Source: a bacterium
Lineage (GTDB): Bacteria > Patescibacteriota > Saccharimonadia > Saccharimonadales > UBA4665
Direction: 5' to 3'
Assembly: GCA_021789195.1 (NCBI GenBank)
Contig: JAJYJU010000001.1
Span: forward strand, 1-50,967
DNA: 50,967 bases
Positions 26,046-34,999 of the stretch are shown here, piece by piece. A model generated the notes under the pieces. The model was not told the origin of the DNA. It did not search any database and was given only the letters and a program-made list of their open reading frames with translations. Position numbers and translations under genes: made by a program. Numbering within the stretch: position 1 is the stretch's first letter; the number at the start of each line of letters is the position of its first letter.

Positions 26046-27287
26046 CTATTTCAGATGATACGAATAAAGGGCGCTCGAGTTAGGGTTATTGGCCCAACCG
26101 ACAATATATGTTCTGATGGCATAAATTGATGTGAGCGATATGACTGCAAACATCACTATAATGCCAGTGTATCGGGCAATTGGATTACGCGGGAAAACAC
26201 TAAACCATTCCTTTAGCATATATGCCAATCCAGTTCCTGTAGTAATTGCTATTAAAGGCAGTAATGCTAGAGGACTTAATATTCCAAGACCCCCAATAAT
26301 CCATCCGGTTAGAAGTAGGATAAGTACGCTACGCCAGTGCCAGTTGTTCCATTTGGTTATGTAGTAGTAAAGCCCCAATATAAAGAGGAGACTAAATGTA
26401 ATCGGCATTAGGGGTAAATGACCCAAGCTTAAGTCGTACCCGAGAGTTTGATTGCTAAAGAATATATCGGCCGGAAATTTAATTAAGTTTAGAAAATAAT
26501 CGTGCGACATATGACTTAAGTTCCCGTTTAATCCGAAGCCAAGCCATGCTTTAAATTGTGCCATAGCAAAGTGTCTGATTAGCTGATAAGCAAGCGGAAG
26601 AATTGGAATAATTGGCGCAATTAGGACAAGCAATCGCTTATATAGATTAAGTTCCCTAAGCACGTTAATAATGTTTTTATAGCTTAATAGCAAGGCTGCA
26701 GTAGATATCCAGATACCACCCGGTACATATAAGGCAGTGTATGAAAGCAGTAGATAAATTACTAGTCTAAGACTTGTAGGTTTGGTGTTAAGTAAGGAAA
26801 CGGCATACAAGATGGCTATAACTAGCAATAGTTGAGTAATGCGATAAGTCGCCTCCCTGGCTGACGCTAAAAGTCCAAAATTGGTGAGAATTATGGCAGC
26901 GGCAAGCAAACCAATCTTATACCCATGCCAGCTGGATACAATCCAATAAACCAGGCTGACTACAACTAACCCGACGATAACCGATGCTAGTCTAAAAAAG
27001 TAGACGCTGTGATGAATGGCATATACGGCGTGCAAAAGCAGATAATATGGCCCGTACAGTGTGTTTAAAGATTGCCACCATGGACTATGAATTAGTAAAG
27101 CGTGCTTGGTCGAAAGCTCGCTTAAATTTACTAGTCCAGCTGTCAGGCTAGATAAACGCCAAAGTAGCAACAGTACGCTTGCAATAATTACAGCTATAAA
27201 TCCGTACATCTCTAGACTAGGCTTTAGCTTTTTAAAATTAGCTAAAAACTTTCGTTTAGCGGTTGTTGAGGATTTACTTTGTGCCAT
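26046..27287 (-). CDS. Polytopic integral membrane protein (10 or more TM); possibly a GT-C-fold glycosyltransferase-like protein
   Basis: Highly hydrophobic 413-aa ORF with a basic N-terminus. The function assignment is a guess from topology only. Confidence 0.45.
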   Translation of the reverse strand: MAQSKSSTTAKRKFLANFKKLKPSLEMYGFIAVIIASVLLLLWRLSSLTAGLVNLSELSTKHALLIHSPWWQSLNTLYGPYYLLLHAVYAIHHSVYFFRLASVIVGLVVVSLVYWIVSSWHGYKIGLLAAAIILTNFGLLASAREATYRITQLLLVIAILYAVSLLNTKPTSLRLVIYLLLSYTALYVPGGIWISTAALLLSYKNIINVLRELNLYKRLLVLIAPIIPILPLAYQLIRHFAMAQFKAWLGFGLNGNLSHMSHDYFLNLIKFPADIFFSNQTLGYDLSLGHLPLMPITFSLLFILGLYYYITKWNNWHWRSVLILLLTGWIIGGLGILSPLALLPLIAITTGTGLAYMLKEWFSVFPRNPIARYTGIIVMFAVISLTSIYAIRTYIVGWANNPNSSALYSYHLK

Positions 27288-27304
27288 CTTTATTAATCAA
27301 TGTA

Positions 27305-28663
27305 TTAAAAGGGCTGTTTGTGTTTCGTATCGAGTGATCGAAAACGTTGTCGTTCGTTGTCGAAGAATAACTCAATACCGCCAATTGGTCCGTTACGGTG
27401 TTTTTTAATAAATATATCGGTGATTTTTTTACGATCTGTTTCGGGATTATAGAACTCTTCGCGGTAAATAAAGGCAACGACGTCAGCGTCTTGCTCTAAG
27501 GATCCACTTTCGCGTAGATCGGATAATTGTGGAATTTGTGGATTACGACTTTCAACTGAGCGGTTTAGCTGTGAAGCAGCCAGTAGTGGCACATCAAGTT
27601 CTCTGGCGATACTCTTTAAACCACGAGATATTTCGGATATTTCTTGAACCCTGTTACCGTCACTAGAGAATCTACCGCCACCACTCATTAGCTGTAGGTA
27701 GTCTACAATTATCATACCCAGCTTATGCCTGTGGTTTTCGCGTCTGGCAATGGTTCTTAGGTCGCTCACAGTAATACCCGGAGTATCATCAATATAGATA
27801 GGCGCTTCACTTAACGCACCCATGGCTTCACCTATTTTTTCAAAGTCAGTATCGGTTAAGTTACCGGTTCTGAGTGACCATGCATCGACGCCTGATTCTA
27901 TACTGAGCAATCTATCTACCAATTGTTCTTTACTCATTTCAAGGCTGAAGAATAAAACTGGTTCCTTGGATTTAACAGCCACATTATGGGCAAAGTTAAG
28001 CATTAATGCCGTTTTTCCCATTGATGGTCTAGCAGCTAGAATCATTAAGTCAGAACGTTGAAAACCGGCTAGTATATTATCTAGATCTTTAAATCCTGTA
28101 GATATACCGCGCAGTTTTTTCTTGTCTTTGTGTAGTTCATCTAAACGTTCAAAGCTTTCAGCTAGAATTGCTTCAAGACTAACAACTGATTGTTTAACAT
28201 GCTGCTCACTGACTGCAAAAAGATTGCTCTCAGCTGATTCTATCAGCTCGTGTAAAGCTTTTGACTCATCGAAACCTAAAGATACCATTTGTTGCGAAAC
28301 GGCTATTAAGCGTCTACGAAGTGATTTTTGAGCTACAATGTCAGCGTACTGCTCAACATGCGTGGCTGTGGGTACAAAGTTTGTAAGTTCGGTTAAATAG
28401 GATGCCCCTCCTACGCTGTCTAATTCGCCATTTGACTTTAATTGATTAGCTAAGGTTAGAACATCAATAGCTGAACGGTTCGTATAAAGTTCAACCATGC
28501 CGCTATATATAATTTCATGTCGTTTATCGAAAAAATCTGTCGGACGTATTTGATCGGCAATTTTAACAATAGCGTCAGTATCAATTAAAATTGAGCCGAG
28601 CAGTGATGCTTCAGCATCTAAGTTTTGCGGTGGTTGTTTTAATTCCATCAGCTTATCTGCCAT
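27305..28663 (-). CDS. dnaB: Replicative DNA helicase DnaB
   Basis: PQNLDAEASLLGS N-terminus, Walker A ARPSMGKTA, IIVDYLQLM, SRGLKSIARELDVPLLAASQLNR, QDADVV. Confidence 0.96.
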   Translation of the reverse strand: MADKLMELKQPPQNLDAEASLLGSILIDTDAIVKIADQIRPTDFFDKRHEIIYSGMVELYTNRSAIDVLTLANQLKSNGELDSVGGASYLTELTNFVPTATHVEQYADIVAQKSLRRRLIAVSQQMVSLGFDESKALHELIESAESNLFAVSEQHVKQSVVSLEAILAESFERLDELHKDKKKLRGISTGFKDLDNILAGFQRSDLMILAARPSMGKTALMLNFAHNVAVKSKEPVLFFSLEMSKEQLVDRLLSIESGVDAWSLRTGNLTDTDFEKIGEAMGALSEAPIYIDDTPGITVSDLRTIARRENHRHKLGMIIVDYLQLMSGGGRFSSDGNRVQEISEISRGLKSIARELDVPLLAASQLNRSVESRNPQIPQLSDLRESGSLEQDADVVAFIYREEFYNPETDRKKITDIFIKKHRNGPIGGIELFFDNERQRFRSLDTKHKQPF

Positions 28664-28745
28664 TGTTTACCCTTCGTAGTGTTCTTATTATATTTCTATG
28701 ACCTTGTTTAGCCTAACTTTTATGAACACTTTTTCCCCTATTCTG

Positions 28746-30200
28746 TCAAAGCAGTTCACCGCCACCAAAGATAGAGCTTATGGTCTCTATCTTATTTTCT
28801 TCATTTTTCTTTTCAACGTTTAATAGTTCTTTGTCCACCATACAGATAATTTTTACTTCTTTACCGCTAACTTTCTGGATGGCGTCATTAAGTATGGCTT
28901 GGTTTTTGGGATCACTAACCCTTTGTTTATGAAACATAAACGCAAATTTTAGCTTTATAGTATCGTTATCAAACTCAACTTTAGCCATTCTTACTACTCC
29001 GTACAATGTGTTATAGGTAGTTCTAAGTAGCGCTAAGACTTCACTCCATGACGTTTCATCTAATTCTGTTACCTTTTTCGGTGCTTTAGTTTGTTTAGTA
29101 ACAGGACTATCTTTAGACTCGTCTTTGATAGCACTAACTTTAGTTTCCTGAGTCTTAACATCATTTCCCTTAGTAGCCTCAACTTTAATCTCATCTTTTT
29201 TAAGTTCTTGATTAGACCTGATAGTTGGACTAATGTTTCTAGTTTCGGGCTGTGCTTTTAAGAGACAAATCTCCAAATAAATATCTGGATTTGAGGCTGA
29301 TCCTACGTCTAACAGGTTAGCTAACAAAGAAAGAGCTTTATCATTCGGTAGTCTAAGTTCGTTATTAATTAAACTTAATCTTAGCGATTTAGCAATTGAA
29401 GAAGATATCGACGTAGATGGATAACCTTGGTCTATAAGATCATGAATCTTTGTTATTATTTGATTTGTAGAGCCTTCGCTTACGGCATTGATTAGTTCTT
29501 CTACAGCTATTCTTGGCGGCACTCCAAGAAGCTGGTTTACTTCATTGGCAGTTATAGGTTGGGAAAAGTTAGCTGCCTGATCTAATAAACTGATACTGTC
29601 TCTAAAACTACCTTGCCCGTGCTCGGCAATAAGCTCGAGGGCATCGCTGTTAATCTTAATTTTTTCTTTCTTGGCGATTTCATTTAAATGTCCGGCTATT
29701 TTTTGAGTCTCAATTGGTTTAAATGCGAAACGCTGGGTCCGGCTGATGATTGTTTCGGGTAACTTATGTGCTTCCGTCGTAGCCATAATAAAGATGACAT
29801 GCTCAGGTGGTTCCTCCAGTGTTTTTAAAAGTGCATTAAAGGAATCGGAGGTTAGCATATGAACCTCGTCAATGATGTATACCTTATATCTGGCACTTAC
29901 CGGTGCAACATATACTTTTTCAATTAAAGCTTTAGTTTCTTCTAGTTTACGATTAGATGCGGCATCGATCTCAATAATATCCATATGACTTGAACTATCG
30001 CTATAATCTAGCCCGTTAATATCGTGGGCCAGTATTCTAGCTATAGAAGTCTTGCCGACTCCTTTAGGGCCTGTAAACAGGTAAGCGTGAGCTATCCGGC
30101 CGCTTTTAACGGCCTGATCGAGGGTTTTTGTTATATGCTCTTGTCCAACAATTTCAGACAACGACATTGAGCGATATTTGCGATATAGTGCTTGACCCAT
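28746..30200 (-). CDS. dnaX: DNA polymerase III subunit gamma/tau
   Basis: YRKYRS...VGQEH, Walker A GPKGVGKTS, DEVHML, SRTQRF, and a variable Lys/Glu-rich C-terminal half. Confidence 0.95.
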   Translation of the reverse strand: MGQALYRKYRSMSLSEIVGQEHITKTLDQAVKSGRIAHAYLFTGPKGVGKTSIARILAHDINGLDYSDSSSHMDIIEIDAASNRKLEETKALIEKVYVAPVSARYKVYIIDEVHMLTSDSFNALLKTLEEPPEHVIFIMATTEAHKLPETIISRTQRFAFKPIETQKIAGHLNEIAKKEKIKINSDALELIAEHGQGSFRDSISLLDQAANFSQPITANEVNQLLGVPPRIAVEELINAVSEGSTNQIITKIHDLIDQGYPSTSISSSIAKSLRLSLINNELRLPNDKALSLLANLLDVGSASNPDIYLEICLLKAQPETRNISPTIRSNQELKKDEIKVEATKGNDVKTQETKVSAIKDESKDSPVTKQTKAPKKVTELDETSWSEVLALLRTTYNTLYGVVRMAKVEFDNDTIKLKFAFMFHKQRVSDPKNQAILNDAIQKVSGKEVKIICMVDKELLNVEKKNEENKIETISSIFGGGELL

Positions 30201-30256
30201 AACTATTTAAGCCTATTATAGCTTATTTAAAGTCTAGATAAGGTGTTCTTTGGTTT

Positions 30257-30763
30257 TTATAGAGCAGCTTCAAGCGCAGCCCACTCGGCGTTGTCGTCTT
30301 CAGGAATGTTTACACTGACTTGATCGCCTGGTTTTGCCTTAAAGTATGTAACGCTGGCAAGAAGAACACGGTATTTCTTGTCGCCTACGCTAACTAAATA
30401 ATGCCCGTTCTCTAGATTTAGAGCTCCTACGACTTGTTTGCGAGGCACCGGACCAATTTGCTTGTATAGAAAAGCACCGTCATCGGAGATTGTCAGCTTA
30501 AGAATGTCGCCTTGAACCAGCTTGGATTTTGATGCGTAGTTTGCAGGTACTGGATATGTTTTACTATCACTACCAACCATGTTCTGGCCGTCAAATACAC
30601 CTTCAATAATCTTGCCTAGAGCTTCATCTGTAGCTATTGGGGCAATCTTTTCATCATCACCTACTAAGCTAATCAGTAACTCATTAGCAGCAGCTATATT
30701 GGTCTCAGCTTCTCTGATTAGTGAGCGTAACCGTTTGATTTGTTTGTCAGGTACGTCTGGCAT
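30257..30763 (-). CDS. Hypothetical protein (168 aa) with an N-terminal helix and two short beta-rich G-D-containing segments
   Basis: Clean ORF between dnaX and rplL. Two similar segments, KLVQGDILKLTISDDG and KAKPGDQVSVNIPEDD. No family recognised. Confidence 0.55.
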   Translation of the reverse strand: MPDVPDKQIKRLRSLIREAETNIAAANELLISLVGDDEKIAPIATDEALGKIIEGVFDGQNMVGSDSKTYPVPANYASKSKLVQGDILKLTISDDGAFLYKQIGPVPRKQVVGALNLENGHYLVSVGDKKYRVLLASVTYFKAKPGDQVSVNIPEDDNAEWAALEAAL

Positions 30764-30854
30764 TTCTTAACTCTGTTTTGCTTCCTCCGACTCTATCGGT
30801 ATTTGTTAGTACACTACAGTTGCTAATAAACTAACATTTTAAGAGCACAAAGTC

Positions 30855-30883
30855 AAAGTGTTCTTGTGGATAAAGAACACTTT
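30855..30883 (-). terminator. Hairpin downstream of rplL (probable terminator, weak U tract)
   Basis: Perfect 11-bp stem aaagtgttctt (30855-30865) / aagaacacttt (30873-30883), 40 nt after the rplL stop on the minus strand. Confidence 0.5.
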
Positions 30884-30922
30884 TAATTATGCTGTGTATA
30901 ACTAGATTGGAGCTTACTTAGA

Positions 30923-31303
30923 TTAAGCTAGCTCAACTGTAGCGCCGGCTTCTTCAAGTTTCTTCTTAGCTTCTTCGGCATCTTCAGTCTTAGCTTTTTC
31001 TAAAATGGTCTTTGGCGCTCCATCAACTAAAGCTTTTGCTTCACCTAGGCCAAGGTTGGTGATATCTTTTACAGCCTTAATGACTGCAACCTTTTGGCTA
31101 CCGGCGTCCTTTAGTACGACGTCATATTCACTTTTTGTTTCAGCGGCAGGAGCAGCTTCACCACCAGCGGCAGGAGCAGCAACGGCAGCAACGGCTGCGG
31201 CTGGCTCAATGCCATATTTGTCTTTTAAGGTGTTACTTAGTTCATTTACCTCTAGAACTGTCAATCCGACTAATTCTTCGGCTAGTTTCTCGATATTTGC
31301 CAT
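30923..31303 (-). CDS. rplL: 50S ribosomal protein L7/L12
   Basis: Ala/Pro hinge [21 protein letters not shown] and C-terminal domain [27 protein letters not shown]...[16 protein letters not shown]. Confidence 0.97.
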   Translation of the reverse strand: MANIEKLAEELVGLTVLEVNELSNTLKDKYGIEPAAAVAAVAAPAAGGEAAPAAETKSEYDVVLKDAGSQKVAVIKAVKDITNLGLGEAKALVDGAPKTILEKAKTEDAEEAKKKLEEAGATVELA

Positions 31304-31316
31304 ATAATCTCCTTAA

Positions 31317-31844
31317 TTATGCCTTTGCGGCTTTAGTTTCTAGTGCAGCCAGTATACCTGGAAGTCCAGAACTGGTTGCGCTAACCACACTTCTTATTGG
31401 CGAGCCAAGTAAGGCTACTACGCTTGCAATTAATTGTGGTTTGCTTGGAAGTTCGGCCAAGGCTTTAACTTCATCGGCACCAAGCCAGCTTCCTTCTGGA
31501 GTAATTGCTCCAATGAAAGCTAAGGTTGGGGTCATCTTTGCAAAATTAGCTAAGCTATTGGCGGCTGCTACTTCGTCCTGATCATTGAAAGCATAGGCTA
31601 ACATACCTTCAAGCGGTGATGCGTCCAGTTGCTTAAACTGACTGAGTTTAGATAGAGCCTGTACAACCAAGCGGTTTTTCACAACTTTAACGGTTGTGCC
31701 GTTTTCTTTTGCCTGTCGCCTTAAACTTTGCATGCTTTTAACAGGCGTACCTTGGTAACTGACAATCACAGTCATTTTCGAACTACTAAGTAAATCACTT
31801 ATGCTCGATACGACTTCTTCTTTTTTAACTCTAGATAGAGGCAT
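31317..31844 (-). CDS. rplJ: 50S ribosomal protein L10
   Basis: KKEEVV...VSYQG..V..M..LR pattern, directly upstream of rplL. SD AAGGA lies 8 nt upstream of ATG 31844. Confidence 0.93.
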   Translation of the reverse strand: MPLSRVKKEEVVSSISDLLSSSKMTVIVSYQGTPVKSMQSLRRQAKENGTTVKVVKNRLVVQALSKLSQFKQLDASPLEGMLAYAFNDQDEVAAANSLANFAKMTPTLAFIGAITPEGSWLGADEVKALAELPSKPQLIASVVALLGSPIRSVVSATSSGLPGILAALETKAAKA

Positions 31845-32010
31845 TAAATCTATCCTTATTTAAATATTGATGCTTACGATTTTATCGACCAATAAATTCA
31901 GCTCGTAAGGCTGGCTGATAGTTGCTTATATAAAACTAATAGAGTTATTAAACCTCGGCGACATTATCAAGGAGACTACTCCCGTCGCTGTCTTTAGCAA
32001 CTTAGATACA
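31845..32010 (-). promoter_or_regulatory. Structured 5' leader of rplJ (candidate L10-leader-type autoregulatory element)
   Basis: The minus-strand RNA contains nested helices GCGAC-G-GGAG-UAGU-CUCC-UUGAUAAU-GUCGC (about 31950-31990) in a 262-bp non-coding region upstream of rplJ. Confidence 0.3.
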
Positions 32011-32106
32011 ATTTTATCAGAGATGATATATATATTACAACCCCTTAGAAAACTATTGACATCTAATATCGTTAGAGTTACGCTTGTTGTCGGTTTTTAA
32101 AAATAT

Positions 32107-32700
32107 ATGAGTGAAGTGAAATTAATTGAAGAAGAGGCCGAACGCCATGTTTTATGCATTGGTGGAGTATATTTTGATTCCCGCCTACACCTTCTCGAGT
32201 CTAATTTTAAATATGAAACTGCTAAAAAAAGAAAACATAGCGCCGATGAGATTCAAGAACTCACAACCTCATTAAATCTTGGTAGACAGGTACTACGAGT
32301 GATGTCTCATATTTTTGTGACCGGCAGACCAATTTCTAGGGCGATTGATGACCCACGTTTCTCGCATGAATTAATGAACAGTGAAATAGCTAGATTCACC
32401 GCTAAATTACATGGTCTTGATGAAGCAAATAATTTAACTATTCCTAGGGCAGATTTGTCTGATGCCAGGTCTAAAATATATTCTGCTCAACTCGAAGACT
32501 ATTATTTAAAGGGACCTTATGAAGCACTACTGGCTACTTCTATTAATGATGATGGTCAGGATGAAGCATTTGAATCAGGGTTTGGTCGTGCATTAGAGTT
32601 TTCGCTTGAAGATACGCCGACTATTACTAAGATTTGTTACGGATATATTGGATTTAGCGCTCTTACGCTTGAAAAATTACAAACTGTTAGTTCTTTGTAG
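32107..32700 (+). CDS. Hypothetical protein (197 aa), acidic, no recognisable motifs
   Basis: The only long ORF in the interval, transcribed divergently from rplJ. Its 3' end overlaps the convergent tmk-thyX gene by 14 nt. Confidence 0.5.
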   Translation: MSEVKLIEEEAERHVLCIGGVYFDSRLHLLESNFKYETAKKRKHSADEIQELTTSLNLGRQVLRVMSHIFVTGRPISRAIDDPRFSHELMNSEIARFTAKLHGLDEANNLTIPRADLSDARSKIYSAQLEDYYLKGPYEALLATSINDDGQDEAFESGFGRALEFSLEDTPTITKICYGYIGFSALTLEKLQTVSSL

Positions 32701-34999
32701 AGCGATTATCAAGTTTTTTTAGCTTGAATTGAGCGTACCTTTCGGCGGCAAGCCTGGTTAGCTCTGGATCCTCGTCACGGTTCACAAATATCATGGCCTC
32801 GGTTAGGAGTGGATGTACTTCGCTTAATTGTTCATGCATCGACTTAACTAGACTTCTGTAGCCTGGATGCCCTTGAGGTGTTGTTCTAAGTTCGTGCAAA
32901 TGAAAAGCTTCTCTGGCGTTATATGTTATTTTCCAGCGCATGCGGTGGCCTAATAAAGTTGCGTACTGAGCTTCGTTTTCATAACCAGCTGAATACAGCT
33001 CACTGTGTAGTTTCAGAGATAAATCAAAGGCCTTTTCAAATAAATCAGTTAAATTGGCTTTTTCAACTAATTCAGGGATGTCATATCCGTATCTAGGCGT
33101 AAGTTTCTGCCAGGCTAAATCATCCACCATGCGGTGGCGCTGCAGGTCTCTAAATATACCGTAATCACATAATATGTCCCAGCTGTAATGAGCTTTTTCT
33201 AAGGCTCTTCCGGGACGATGGCGACGGTTAAGTCTTTCGCCACAATAGGTTTTTATAACTTCCATTTTCTGTTCATAGTTCCACTTCGCTACCATTTGCT
33301 TAATGGTACTTATGGGCAGATCGCTATATTCATATAGCATGTCAGGTATTAAATCCAGCTCATTCTTTGGCCAGACATCAACTAATGTCGCTTTATCTTC
33401 GGAGCTAGGTGTCATTGTTTGATTCAACTGTTTCTTAGCTAACTTTTGCATGGCCTGAGCCGTATTTGCTTTGTAGGCTATCATTGCGCCACCGCGGTCC
33501 GGTTTGTCTGCGCGCTCTAGAAACATTGGTAAGATTTTTCTGGCTTCGTTTAGCATTGCCTGCCCGACCGTTCTGGCTTCATTCATGTCATCGGCTAATA
33601 GATGCATAATTAGAGATTCAATTGCCTGTCCTGAGGCAAATATGCCAACTGTAGATTTGGTTGCTACTGGTAACATTGGTCTGGCGGCGTCACAGGCTTG
33701 TGCTTTTACCGAAGATCTAAAAGCAGCATCGCGCTCATTTGTAGGCACGCTGCTGTTTTGTGCTATGAAGTCGCTTAGTTTATGAACCAGCTCTGAATAG
33801 GCGTCAAAAATCTGATCCATAATCTTAACGTAGCTGTTCTTTGATTTTGCCTTTAAAGAATCAGGCACATAGTAACGGTATTTATTGTTTTTATCCTTCT
33901 TATCGTAATAAATATATCTCGTGGATTGCTCAAGGTAGGCAGCCAGTCTGCCCCATTCAAGCTTCTTAGTAAGTAAATTAGAAGCGTTTTCAACTACCAT
34001 ATGGATACCGGCGAGCTGCTGAACCGAATCATCTCCGTAAGCTGTTATGACTCTTTTTAATAAATCGCCATCTTTATCCTTATTAGCAGCAAACTCATCA
34101 AGCAATGTTATGCGCATGTCGTCACCACGTCGGCTTAGTCTGGCCATTGCTGCCGCTACGGTTGGTGGTGAGAAATAATCGTAAAAGCCATAAACATCGC
34201 CCTTAGGATCTGTTACGGCTTCGGCTAAGACTTTCTCACCGGTTTCAGTGATTGAAATGACTTCTTTCTGCTTAATAAGGAGCGGTTCTAAAGCATTAGG
34301 TTGTTCTTGAATTGGAGGTGCAATTGACGGAGCTTTATTAGAAGATTGTAAAGCGTTCTGTTTGACTTCACTTCTAATTTTCAGGACTTCTACAACATGC
34401 TTCCAGATACGATCTGCTACCTCATCAACCGAGCCGGTTGCGACGACTATAGGAATGCCTCTTTGATTAGCTTCCCACAAATACCCGGCCCGTACCCGCT
34501 CGAGAAAACTGGCATCTAGGTTATCAAATCGCTCGCCGGCATTTCTGTGTTTTTGACGTTCGACTAGTTGTTGTACGGGCGCATCTAGAACAATAGTTAA
34601 ATCTGGCTCTACGCCGTTCACCGCAAATGAAATAATATTATTAATAGTCTCGTAATTTGGAACATCACCTCTGCCGTAATACTGAACTCCCAAAGTTGTC
34701 AGATAGTTTCGATCAACTACGCAGTTAACGCCATAATTTGTGCTTTGAGCTATAACTTGTAGTGACTGAGACCGGGCGGCGTTATATAGCAGGACCTCAG
34801 TATTAGTATTCATTGGATAGAGCGGATCTTGAGTTAGTTGGCGAATAGCACGAGCTGTTAAATCACTTTGGGAATCTGGTTCACGCATGACTCTTACCGG
34901 CAAACCGGCTACGCTTAATCGTCTAGATAACTCTTGAACTTGAGTGGACTTACCAACTCCTTCAGGACCTTCAATAACAATGTACTTACCCTTAATCAT
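32687..34999 (-). CDS. Fusion protein: thymidylate kinase (N-terminal, about 205 aa) plus two tandem ThyX-like (flavin-dependent thymidylate synthase) domains
   Basis: Tmk: YIVIEGPEGVGKSTQ, REP, VVDRNYLTTLGVQY. After a Pro/Gln-rich linker, ThyX-like half 1 carries WGRLAAYLEQSTRY (degenerate RHRxxSxxxQSxRY) and half 2 carries FRDLQRHRM...TPRY and HLHELRT. Confidence 0.75.
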   Translation of the reverse strand: MIKGKYIVIEGPEGVGKSTQVQELSRRLSVAGLPVRVMREPDSQSDLTARAIRQLTQDPLYPMNTNTEVLLYNAARSQSLQVIAQSTNYGVNCVVDRNYLTTLGVQYYGRGDVPNYETINNIISFAVNGVEPDLTIVLDAPVQQLVERQKHRNAGERFDNLDASFLERVRAGYLWEANQRGIPIVVATGSVDEVADRIWKHVVEVLKIRSEVKQNALQSSNKAPSIAPPIQEQPNALEPLLIKQKEVISITETGEKVLAEAVTDPKGDVYGFYDYFSPPTVAAAMARLSRRGDDMRITLLDEFAANKDKDGDLLKRVITAYGDDSVQQLAGIHMVVENASNLLTKKLEWGRLAAYLEQSTRYIYYDKKDKNNKYRYYVPDSLKAKSKNSYVKIMDQIFDAYSELVHKLSDFIAQNSSVPTNERDAAFRSSVKAQACDAARPMLPVATKSTVGIFASGQAIESLIMHLLADDMNEARTVGQAMLNEARKILPMFLERADKPDRGGAMIAYKANTAQAMQKLAKKQLNQTMTPSSEDKATLVDVWPKNELDLIPDMLYEYSDLPISTIKQMVAKWNYEQKMEVIKTYCGERLNRRHRPGRALEKAHYSWDILCDYGIFRDLQRHRMVDDLAWQKLTPRYGYDIPELVEKANLTDLFEKAFDLSLKLHSELYSAGYENEAQYATLLGHRMRWKITYNAREAFHLHELRTTPQGHPGYRSLVKSMHEQLSEVHPLLTEAMIFVNRDEDPELTRLAAERYAQFKLKKLDNRSTKN

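Noticed and set aside
27274-27477. 67-aa minus-strand ORF bridging the dnaB 3' end and the membrane-protein start
   Set aside because: It is an alternative frame of the dnaB C-terminus. The DnaB frame is validated by conserved C-terminal motifs.
31005-31581. Plus-strand ORFs of 100 and 148 aa overlapping rplL/rplJ
   Set aside because: They are antisense to two unmistakable ribosomal protein genes. The open frames are a by-product of the Ala-codon-rich (GCN) hinge region, and the translations are low-complexity.
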